Notes: generated by a model from the letters alone, not told the origin. A DNA stretch of 59,289 nucleotides, filler included, from Dimargaris cristalligena (GCA_003614675.1; 8 parts of 8 records of this genome joined end to end with filler, not necessarily neighbours in it); one strand, 5' to 3'. Shown: positions 25,601-37,068, numbered from the whole stretch's first letter. Program-made: numbers and translations.

Positions 25601-28600
25601 ACAGTCGGCTCAATGGTCCACTGATTAGTAAGCGAAGCGACCCGGAGTACAATTCACTGCAGCACTAGTTTATAACCAACCCTCATCAACATCATAATCA
25701 CCAAGGGAGCCAGCTGTGGCTGTCTTAGCGAGTTCAGTGTTGATAGGCGACACAATTCATTCAACAGTGCAGCGGTGATCTAAATGGACAACAAGTCCAG
25801 CAGTGATTCATAAAGCAAGAGGAGCCAACGGAGTCGCCATCATCAAGCGAAGCGACCTCGTACGTCATGGGTCAGCAGGTGAAGTCCAGCGAAGGAGTGA
25901 TCGATCCCCTGAGGCTTCAGGGGTGAGAGAACGAAAGAGCGTTACTAAGCGAAGCGACACCATGATCAACCGGTCAGTCAACATTGTCATCAGTAGGCGA
26001 AGCGCCTTGTGAGTCACCCAACGGTGCAGCATCAATTAGTAATCAACCTGAGACAGCCACAGCTGGCTCAATCTATTAGTGCTACTAAGCGAAGCGACTC
26101 TGATTCAGTCAACGATGCAATCATGATCTAAATGAGCAAGAGGAGCCAGCTGTGGCTGTCTCGAGCAGCAAGGGCTACTATAACTCAGCTACAAAGATTA
26201 AGCAGCAGGGATGGTTATTAATTAGTATGAGACGGCCACAGGCGGCTCCCTTGATTGAGTCTTGGTAAGCGAAGCGACCCTGAGCTCATGATACCGAGCA
26301 GCACTGATTTATAGACTCGACCTGAGACACCCACGAGGTGGCTCCCTTCAGCGATGGTGGTGAGCGACTTCATATTCAATCGTGCAGCATTAATTTAAAT
26401 CAACTACCTGAGACGGCCACAGGCGGCTCCTTCGATGGTAACTGGTAAGCGAAGCGACCCAGAGTTCAATTCAACCGTGCAGCACTAATCTAAATGATCA
26501 CCGAAGGGAGCCAGCTGTGGCTGTCTCAACAGGTTCAGCTACGGTTATGAATGAATCACCTTTATCTCACCATGAACCTGCTTACCATAGCAGCTGAGAA
26601 TGTCAATCATAACCCATCACCACATGACCATAGTCATGACCGTCACAAAAGAGCCAGCTGTGGCTGTCTCACGATGCAGCATTAATTGGTAAGGATTCAA
26701 CAAGGATTATGGAGGTCAACATGACAACCCCCAGAACCGACGTCAACATTACCCAGGGAGCCAGCTGTGACTGTCTCAACACCAATGACCGTTCAACAAT
26801 AATCTACTCGAGACGGCCACAGGCGGCTCATAACGCTCATCATCAACGTAAGCGAAGCGACCTGTGCAAGACTTATTAACCCGAGCAACCGTGATCTATA
26901 GTGTTACCTGAGACACCCACAAGGTGGCTCCCTTGATTAGATATGATAAGCGAAGCGACCCTATTCAAATGAGCGTCATCGGTATCAGAACCATCAGCCT
27001 TGATCAACGAGTACAGCGGTGATGTTGAGCGAAGCGACAGTTCAGATGAACCGGCGGAATCGTTATCCTAACCGTCATGACCAACATCCTCATCACCGTC
27101 ATTAGTAAGCGAAGCGTCATCTAGGTCAAAACCAATGCAGCTGTAATTGTTAATAAACCTGAGACGGCCACAGGCGGCTCCACTCATCAGGGTTAGTAAG
27201 CGAAGCGACTCGTGCACCATCAACCTGGAGAATAGTGTATGAGTGAACGATGCCCTGAGACCTCAGGGTTGAGTGAAAGAACGTCATTGTCAATATCATC
27301 ACCCTCACCGTCGTATTAACTCACCCTCAACATTGTCATCAAGAGGTATCAACCGAAAGGAGCCAGCTGTGGCTGTCTCAAGCAGTCCAACATTGATCAT
27401 CAAGGACATACCGATCAACAGTCAAGTCAACCCCTCAGCCATAACCGTCATCAAGGACTTCAATATAATCCACTCGACCGTCAACAATACAACCAGGATC
27501 AAATCCAAGGATAGTAATCAGATCCATCAGCCTGAACGTCAACGCCGACGTTAACAAGAGCAGCACAAACCTGTAGACCACCAGCGTAAACGACGGGAAG
27601 AGTAACCAGATCGACGTCACCAGATACTCCAGCAACGTCATAACCGATAGGAAGGACATCGCCAAGGGAGCCAGCTGTGGCTGTCTCAACAGGTTCAATT
27701 GGTGAGCGAAGCGACATCATGAACATCATCGTCATCACCACCACCGTTATCCTCAACATCAACGTCACCATCATCACCATCAACCCGAGACGGCCATAGT
27801 CGGCTCTATTCATTAGTGATGTTAAGCGAAGCGACCCGTGAGTCAGTCCAGCGGTGCAACCCAATCAAAGATTATTAATGATAAGCGAAGCGCCTCTTAC
27901 ATCCTGAGTCAGTCGTCACCATCATGATCAACAAGGAGCCAGCTGTGGCTGTCTCACGATCAACCTAAATTGTAAGGTCGTTAAAAAGGAGCCGCCTGTG
28001 GCCGTCTCAACATTCAACAGAAGCACCATTCCGCAGGATAATTATATGATAAAGAGCTCCGCAGGAGTCATCTATGATAACTTACGTGATTCATCAGCCT
28101 GCAACATCGATCGAAAGGTCTACCTGAGACAGCCACAGGTGGCTCCATCCAGTTCAATTGGTAAGCGAAGCGACATCGTATATCAAGGGTCAGTTACCGT
28201 GCAACCATGATCTAAAGGAGACCCTTACAGCAGGATGATAAGCGAAGCGACATCGATTCACATTCAACGGTGCAGCTCTAGTCTAAGTTCCACACCATAA
28301 CTCATCCTAACCGTCCTCATCAGTAAGCGAAGCGACATCATATTCATCAGTTCAACAACGGTCTAAATGTACTACCTGAGATACACACGAGATGATACTG
28401 GTAAGCAAAGCGACTCGTGCAGCGTTAGCCTCTAGGAGGATGAGTGGACGAACGAGCGATGCCCTGAGACTTCGGGGTTGAGGGAGTGAGGTAACGTCTA
28501 CAAGCGAAGTGACCTTGAGTATCTAGGGTTAACAATGCAGCAGGGGTCTATAGGTGTGTCGCAAACGGAGTGCGCAGGAATAGTGGTAAGGAGTGGAGGA

Positions 28601-29570
28601 GTGTCGTTAAGCGAAGCGACACCTTATTCATTATACCTGCAGCCGCTATCTGTAAGATCAACCGTATAGCGAGCATTCATAGTGCTACCCGAGACACCCA
28701 CGAGGTGGCTCATACAGCGGGGATTAATAGTCAATTCGCACAGGGAGCCAGCTGTGGCTGTCTCTGCAACAACAACTGGTAGCTACTCGAGACGGCCACA
28801 GGCGGCTCAACCCAGAGGAGGATACCAGACTAGCAAGGTCAACACGATCATTAATAAGCGAAGCTACTTAACAACGGGAGCCAGCTGTGGCTTCTCAACA
28901 GTGCAGCATGAATTATTAGTTAGCCACCTGAGACGGCCACAGGCAGCTCAATATACTAATTAATTGGTATCAGCATTAAATTCGTCATCAACAGAAGAGC
29001 CGGCTGTGGCCGTCTCAGGTTGGTTAATTAAGTCCTGGCTGATTGAGCTAACCTCAGCTACCTCCCAGCAGAGGTACTTTATAAGCGAAGCGACCCACCG
29101 AAGAGTCATTCAACCGAGCAACCCTGATTTAAAATAACTCGAGACGGCCATAGGCGGCTCAACCTGAATGAACTTCATAACCGACCTCTTGTTAACTGAG
29201 ACAGCCACAGCTGGCTCCATTTAATAGACTTGATAAGCGAAGCGACCGGGTGAAGGATCACGTGATGTGGCTAAAGAACTAGTAGGGGCTAGATGCAGCA
29301 GCAATCATAAAAGATGCGCAGGGCTAGAGATCACGATCAATTTAAGTCTACTTGAGACAGCCATAGCTGGCTCAATCGTTAATTACTCAAGGGTTAATCA
29401 GGTCCCGAGACGGCCACAGCCGGCTCCATAGCCACGATCAATTCTAGGATTCAGCAGGGATTAAGATTCAGTGATGAAGCAGAGTGCTCATCAGGTGAGC
29501 CGACTATGGCCGTCTCAAGCTATCAACGGTTAATATAGGGAGGCTACTCGAGACAGCCACAGCTGGCTCC
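22655..29570 (+). repeat. Modular hairpin-box array: box A GAGAC(G/A)(G/C)CCA..GGCTC (both orientations), box B TAAGCGAAGCGAC (+ strand only), box C CAACC(G)TGCAGC, with variable linkers; non-coding
   Basis: By eye roughly 40 box B, 50+ box A and 25+ box C copies. No credible ORF. Confidence 0.95.
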
Positions 29571-29593
29571 CTATACAAGGTCGTTCCGGTGTC

Positions 29594-29653
29594 TGTTCCG
29601 GGGTGCACGCTTCGCCCAACCGGTCCCCCTGCAAGTTGCAAACCTTATACCTT
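29594..29653 (-). repeat. Right arm of inverted repeat flanking the array, running into the contig end
   Basis: CCTGCAAGTTGCAAACCTTATACCTT at 29628-29653. Confidence 0.9.
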
Positions 29654-29654
29654 C

Positions 29655-29754
29655 NNNNNNNNNNNNNNNNNNNNNNNNNNNNNNNNNNNNNNNNNNNNTT
29701 AATTAATTAANNNNNNNNNNNNNNNNNNNNNNNNNNNNNNNNNNNNNNNNNNNN
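29655..29754. other. Artificial contig linker
   Basis: N44-TTAATTAATTAA-N44. Confidence 0.99.
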
Positions 29755-30955
29755 AATGTATTGGGAGGGGCGCGATTGCGGTTAGCGGAGGAACCGGACT
29801 CGGATGTGGCGGGATTTGCAGGGGAACGGGACCGGCGATTGTTGGACGGTTGCTGCGACATGGTCCTGGTAGGAGGGGTAGGTAAGGGGAAAGGGGGGGT
29901 GAGTGAAATGCTATGCAGGCCCGGTTATAAAAGGGATGCGAGCAAATCAAATGGAAGCGGCTTCTACAACCACTAGAAAGAGAGGAGGAATAAGAGGCAG
30001 TGTCCAACAAGTAGTGAAGGCGTATATAAATATAGCCGGTGGGTGGAATGGGGGTGACTAAGCCTTTAGAACGAAGAAACGGAAGAAAAAGAAGGATTGG
30101 TGGGAAGAGTGGTCTGCCACAGAGGTCGTTTATACCTGTGTCATTGGCGCCGCTTCTAGGACTGCTGCTGAGATTGCCCTAAAATAAGGGGGTTTTGATA
30201 GATCTATTCGAGATGGTGGAAAGAGTCTGACGCCCGGCACTACTCACTCGGTTCCCTTGTGAAGGAAGCCAACTCCATTCGTCTCTCTTGGGAGCTGGGA
30301 GGGGACGCTAAGTCTCTTTTCGTACTGCAAAAACGCGGCTGTCAAAGCGTAAAGGGCAATGCCCCTCTCTCCCTCCAACTATATCATTATCATACCACCA
30401 CTAGCATCATCATCATCATCGTCGTCGTCGTTATTGTAGAGGTCTTCTATCGTCGGTGGTGGGCTCGAAGCAGCCCCACACTGACCAGCGTTGCGTCGCG
30501 GGTTACACGGGTCCCGCTGGTGGAGCGACGGAGAGTCCAATAAGCCAGGGCAGAGCCGCTAGGAGGGAAGAGGCCAACCGTGCGACGTGGTTGTTTCATC
30601 GTGGTTGGCCCTCGAAGCGACGACAGAGAGAGCGGTGCTGGAAGAGGAGAAGCTGAGAGCCCCGGCGACTATTTAAATGGACGGGCATTTTCCGCTCAGG
30701 TCGGGCTTGGCCCATAGCCCATTTACCCCTTAGCTGCTGTATCTATCCGTATCTATCCGTGTGCGTGTTATTATTGCATGTTGTGCTGTATCTTCCTGCA
30801 TCTTTCCAAGTAGTCGGTCTGTCCGGTTATCTACTCTAATAACTCTCCCTGTGCTTTGGTATCTTCCCTACCCGAGTTCGTTACACATTCTCCCCACATT
30901 CACCCTTATAGCTTCAGTTCTACCCCCCCCCCCAATTCCTACCAACCCTGCCGCC

Positions 30956-31903
30956 ATGCCTATGCAACCCGAACAGTGGATTGACGTGACTCCCGAGAAG
31001 TTCAACTACTCGCTGGACCACTTCGTCATTCCCCGTCACTACGAAAATGACCTCCAGAGCATCCTCATTCCCAACGGCCTAATCATGGACCGCATTGAGA
31101 AGCTGTCCCGTATGATCGTCGACGAGACCGAAGGCCCTCTAGGTAAGGTTTACCCCAAGCCCCAATGTGGGCTATACCCCTCCTCCTCCACCTCTTCCTA
31201 TGATAGGGAAAGGAATACAGCTAAGCTACACAAACGGCCTAGTCCACTGCCCTCTAAGTTACACGATAACATATATTTATCCGCTGCTCCTATGCTTCCG
31301 CTCTCCACTACGATACGGTACACCTTTTACTAACCCCTTAACCCTTCCCACTCACACATCCTTATTCTACTCGCCTTTTGGGCTGCTGGATAATCCGGAC
31401 CTCTCTCTACTTCTATGTATCCAGTGGTGTGCTGTGTCCTGAAGGGCGGCCACCAGTTCTTTGCCGACCTGGTCAGTTTCATGAAGAAGTGCGTGACCAA
31501 ATCCGGCCACAATGTCCCCTTGAGCCTGGAGTTTATCAAAGTGAAGAGCTACGAAAACGACCAATCCACCGGTGACGTGAAGATTTCCATGACCGACGCT
31601 GAATTGGAAGACCTCGCTGGCAAGAACCTCCTTATTGTGGAAGATATAATAGATACCGGTAACACCATGGTGCGTCTGCTCAAGCGCCTCCAAACCTTTA
31701 AGCCCGCCTCCGTGCGGGTAGCCTCGCTGCTGCTCAAGAAGACCCACCTCTCCTGCGGGTATGTGCCCGACTACGTGGGCTTCGCCATCCCTGATTCATT
31801 CGTGGTGGGTTACGCCCTCGACTATAACGAATACTTCCGGGACTTGGACCACATTTGCGTGATCAACGAAACCGGCAAAAACAAATACGCCGTTACCAAA
31901 TAA
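30956..31903 (+). CDS. HPRT1: Hypoxanthine-guanine phosphoribosyltransferase; exons 30956-31142 and 31425-31903
   Basis: [38 protein letters not shown] (PRPP loop), [16 protein letters not shown]. One GT-AG intron restores the frame. Confidence 0.96.
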
Positions 31904-34900
31904 TTAGTCGCCATATTGTAATGATGTGACTGACTAGTAGTGTTAATTGATATTCTCTATTTCTAGGTATTTCTTAGCGTATATACCTATATATTAGACC
32001 ATTGTATGGGGGTGGTGGGCTACCCCACCGGGGAAGTCTTACGTTGTTGTTAGGTAGTCTCTTAAATTAAAGAATATAATTGTGCTTGTGGAACGAGTGA
32101 AGAAAAAGGGTATCATTGGAGAGATGAACGGGTGATTGGAATGTGAGGTAGACCGCCACCATTCCCAATTTAGACAGCGATTCCTCATCGGCCATTTGTT
32201 AGGGAATGGCAGGTTTCCGGATTGATTTATCCCGAAACCCACATGCTAGAACCGTTTATATAGAAGTGGGAGCATTGGCCACATACCCAAATCAGTGGGG
32301 AGGAATATACCATGATTTAACCCGAAATGGCAAGCATCACTCGGGTGCCTGTCATTCATTAAACAGCAGGTTGCGGTGAACTATGGCCAAACTGTATATA
32401 TAGGGGGAATGCTCCTATTCTGGACCGAGGCCATATTCTTCATTTCATTAAACTACCAATGATTATAAGTAACCACAGCCGTCCATCATTCGAAGATCCA
32501 CTAGCTAGTTAATAACGAGATGCCCTTGGGCGTAGCATTCCTAATCAATGGCTCCAAGGGTTAAATGTCCTTGTATAGAGATGTGGTTAATCGGCCGGTT
32601 GCCGTTATTTCCGTCACCGCCCAATACACCCCCCCCCCCATTTGTTATAATAGCCCCCCCCCTACTAGGAAGATAATAGACTGGGTTATAATTATTGCCC
32701 AATTCAAGAAAATCCAGTCCAAAGTTCTGAGAAAGTTTAATGGTACCACGACCTCCTTCACCGCTCCGCATTTGCCACTGGGGCCGATCAAGGTCTTGGC
32801 GTTGACAGGTGCTGGTGTAAGGGAAGAAAATGCAAGTGCCGTGCGGCGGGCGGGGCCAATAAAGGGGGAACATGTGAGGTGGGGCCCTATTCCCGACTTT
32901 TCTCGTCTATTTGATTTTCATGATGGAACGCAACCTGTTGAATCCCAAAAAGGATCGCCATCTGCCTTCGAGTAGCAGTTTCCTTTGGGTTGAAAACTCA
33001 CCTGCAGTATCTTTACAAACTCGCACTACCAATAAAAAGGCTCGGACCAAGCTAAACTCTGGTAATATAGTTTCTTTGATGGTATATTTCTAGGGACCCG
33101 TTATTCGGCGGCTTGGTTGCCAGATGACTAAATATACCGATTGTTTAGTCACTTGTCAACTACAACCTTATTAGCAGCAGACTTGACGTCTGAGTTCACC
33201 CAGCGCCCAAGGTAATCCCAAATGCTGGAAAACCCGGACCAGTATTGAAACAGTAGGTAGTCGGCTCACCCACAAACCTCAATGCCAAACCGCCCGTTTT
33301 TCTAAGGGGCTTGTCTGGTGGGCTCTACAACATGAAACGTTACACAAGCCCCATCTATACATTTACCCACCCCTTCTCTCCCTCTCTCTCACATACACAC
33401 GATCTTCCTTTACATCCCTAGCCCTCTTTTCCTTGCTGATATTGGGCTACCCTTTCGCCCGAACGACTTTTTGATTTTTAATTAATCAACCGAGTGACTT
33501 TGGGAAATTCCCCTGTTTTGCGGGGGGCTGTTATACCAGTTGCCGTGACATTATTAGTAGTAGTAGTAGTAGTAGTATTGCTGTTGTTATCATTCATTTC
33601 TAAATCGGATATTGAGATGGGTATCCCGAATGCTTGTGACTCCGCTTGGAGAAAGATACACCCGTGACCAATGCAGGTTGGGCTGGGAACAAGCCAAGGG
33701 AAATGTCCGCTATGTGACTTAAACTGTAATAAGGAATAAGTGGCATCACATCTGGTCGCTAGACCACATCGCGCAAATGACTCTCCCCCCCTCCTTCTAT
33801 TACATCCCTACAGTTCCGTGTTATGAAAAACAAAACTAACTGTTACGCGAGGCGCGTCTGTGACAGCCAAACTAAACAGGCCATATCGCAAAAGAAAAAC
33901 GAATTTAATGATCAAAAAGGGTGACTTGACCTGGCCTGTCGGAATATAGGGTGATAATGAGGGGGGCGTAAACCACCCATATAAAACACCTTGTTCAATA
34001 ATGAATGGCTCGAGGCCATCCATCTGAAACACATATTCTAAGGAAAAGTGAAGCTAACTCGCCCCCCCTCTCAGTGCCAGCCGCTGCCGAACCCCTGCTG
34101 AGGCGTGTGAATGGCAAGGTAAAAACTCATTGAGGCTGCCGAACGGAGGTATGCAATCGTAGCGAAGGACAGCGCGATATACATTACCAGCCTGACCTAA
34201 TGACCTGGGGAAATCCGTTAGCTATACCGAAAAATGGCGCAGCAAGCGATCTGATCAACTAGGCACTACTACTCTAGTGCGATTCGGGGGTTGACGGGCT
34301 GGTTTCAGGTGTGGATAATAGGTAAATACGGGCCAGAGACTACCCCAACCGTATTATTATAAGGATGTACTCACCCTGTGGCCTCGGATTAACGGTATGG
34401 TTAATGGGGGCCTGTCGAAGGGCCTCGAAGCATTGGGGCTCCGAGGCGTTTCATCGCACCTCGACCCGTCCTTAATGAGGGTGGGAAAGTGAATTACGGG
34501 GTGGAACGGAGGGCCGGTGGATGGGGTTGGGGAGTCCCCATTGCCAGTATTTCACCTACTTTTTTGGGGGAGGATTTTTTGTTGGTGGTTTTCAACTCCC
34601 AAGTTGGGGCTGAAAGGAGAGGGGGGTTAAGTTTAGGGGCAAGAGGGTCGTAGTCTGGTATTTTCTCCGCAGCTATTTGAAATGTTGCCCGGACTTTCTG
34701 ACTAAGCTCCGTCCCCTTTGGGGTAAACGGAACCGGCATTAATTAGCCCTTGGGTTCAAAAATCTAGCTAGGGTCCTCTCATCCACCCGATTGAGCACAT
34801 TCAGCCCCAAACCAATTACTACAACGTACACACATACGCTCGCACAGGTATCCAAGATGTCCCCATTGTTTTTTTGAGTCGGGTAGTATTTACCCTCGAA

Positions 34901-36844
34901 ACGAGTGAAGCTGGCGCGATTCCCAGTCCTTTGGCCTCATGCAGGGCCGTGTCCATGTTAGCCCCCCTACCCTGCCACCCTCCAGATCTGTTTTGGGAAG
35001 CCCACACCATGCAATTTCCACTTGCCCAACCTATAATTCCATGACCCGTGCAACGACAAAATTTTGTTAAGCAGCGGGGTTTTTCCTCGACTCGCCTTGT
35101 AAAAATTGGCAAAAGGGCGAGCCAGTGAGTTTGGGGTGTGCTATGGACCCTCTATTGGATCGATTGACTTTTCTATTACAGCGCCCATCTGGGCAAGGAC
35201 GTGAGAAAAATGACGATCACTGGTTGGAGCCGATTCGTCATTGCTCCGTCTCCTCTTTCGGGTGACTGTCATATGGTGCATTTGTGGGTCTGGGCGCCTC
35301 CTGTCAACAAGAAGTAAAGGACGCCATCCACCCACTAATATATCTCGACACCCTCTCTCTCGCCCTATTCCCGCATGAAATGCCAATAGGATCCCCGCCG
35401 GATAGGACCGGCTGGCTAAATCCGAACACAGGTGCGAAAGGGCCCATAAGTTCATCTGGGAATACGGAGGAACTAGACCGAGACTCGGCTTAGGGGATGC
35501 TATGTTTTATGGGCCAGCCACAGCGTAAATTGGATTGGGGCATTTATGGCTATGGGGAGGGGGGGTTCACCATCCATATATTGGACCGGGGGGTCTAACA
35601 GTGGTTTGTTCCACTCGGCCAACGTGAACCTGTAATACAGGGTTATTTTTCCAACCGGAACACCTCTTTGATAACCCCCACCGTTTCCTCCCACCACCTT
35701 CTCCCCCGTCACAGGCATTACAAGCCAGCGGATAAAAATAGCTGTAAATAACCTGCAATGCTATGGAATAGTTGATGGGAGGGAGGTAAATATAGGCGAT
35801 GTATCTTGCCCAGATTTGCTGGTGAAACGGGCCATAAACCCCCCCCCTCCCTCGCACCACTCTCCCACCAGCTTTATTTGCGGATGGTGGTGGCTATGTT
35901 CGGCTGCTATTCTTACCGGACCCCCTCATTGGGGGGGTATTGGAAAATAGAAGAGTCGGATTAGGAATGGTCCAGAGTTACACAGCGCGACGGGGGGGTT
36001 GCGAAAGAGGGGAGTTATAATAAACGATAACGCAGTCCTCCTTTTTTCCTAGCCCACCCGTGAGAGCTGCGCCCGCATCCGGGCCGGGGGGAACGGGAGA
36101 GAACCGCGTAGTACAGCAGTTGAGTCAAAGCGAAAACAAGGAAGAAAGGAGGGATATGCTGGTGAAGGCTAAGTGGTAGGAATCCCCCCGTTGGTGATGA
36201 TAGCATTTAGAGGAAGTGACTGACCACCCAACTATACTATACTATACTATGCTATGCTATGCTATTTTGTATAAACTTTGCTATGACAATGGCTGCTCCC
36301 CCGCCTGACTCTATATGCATGCATACATCCCACCCTGCGACTTGTCTATTAGGGTTAATTAATATAAATACCACTGGCCAGTCCGGCCGCATTAGCTCTG
36401 TCCGTCTATCTCTCATTTTCTCTACACGCCGTCACCCTTCTTCATTCACTGCGCATACCCAAAATAACTGCCTAACTATTTCTCTCTCTTTGTCGTCGTT
36501 ATCTACCGCGCTGATTTATTTGGCCGTCATCCCCGATCCTTACTGTCAACCACTTCTGCTTATAAAATAACACCCCCCATTTCCCCCTCATTCATACCCA
36601 CAGTACCCTTCCTGAACTATCCCAACCCATTCAGTGTTGCCAGTGCTTAGCATCCTTTATATTTTTGGTCCACCGCCTTGACGACCCCCACGGTCACCTC
36701 TTTCTTCCATCTTTTCCATTTATACCATTACCCCGTTTGCTATAATTCGCGATTGCCTTAAAAATAACTGCTTTTATATTCCATTGCAATAATCCCCTCC
36801 CCCGAGTAACTCCTCTCTCTCCGCCATTTAATTGGTCCTACATT

Positions 36845-37068
36845 ATGATGCACCACCAACAGCTACCCGATACGTTCGAGGACTTGTACCCCGAGCTACA
36901 CCAGGATACCCCGTTTGCCGGGCCCCTGCCCCGCAGCCCCCGTCGCCCGTTTCTTCACCGCCGCCACACCGCTTGTACTACCACTGCTGGCACGACTTCC
37001 TCCCCCGCCTCCGCCGCCACCCCCCCCCCTACTGGCGGTGCTACTAGCCTCCTCCCGAGCACCCCCCC
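36845..37068 (+). CDS. Possible 5' end of an unknown gene, truncated by contig end
   Basis: ATG follows a long pyrimidine-rich leader; the GC-rich frame MMHHQQLPDTFEDLYPELHQD... stays open to the gap. No recognisable motif. Confidence 0.35.

Noticed and set aside
23812-28485. Hammerhead ribozymes suggested by CTGA...GAAA
   Set aside because: CTGA is not followed by NGA and sits inside a stem; no consistent three-stem core was found by eye.
22557-28963. Short ORFs in the array (recurring EPAVAVS, KRSD, ETATAGS)
   Set aside because: These are translations of the DNA boxes in different frames, not a repeat protein.
22655-29570. CRISPR array
   Set aside because: Several different boxes, mixed orientation, 16-17 nt spacers that partly resemble one another, and no cas genes.
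32000-36800. Many 60-130 aa ORFs downstream of HPRT
   Set aside because: No homology cues or coding bias; treated as intergenic/regulatory DNA.
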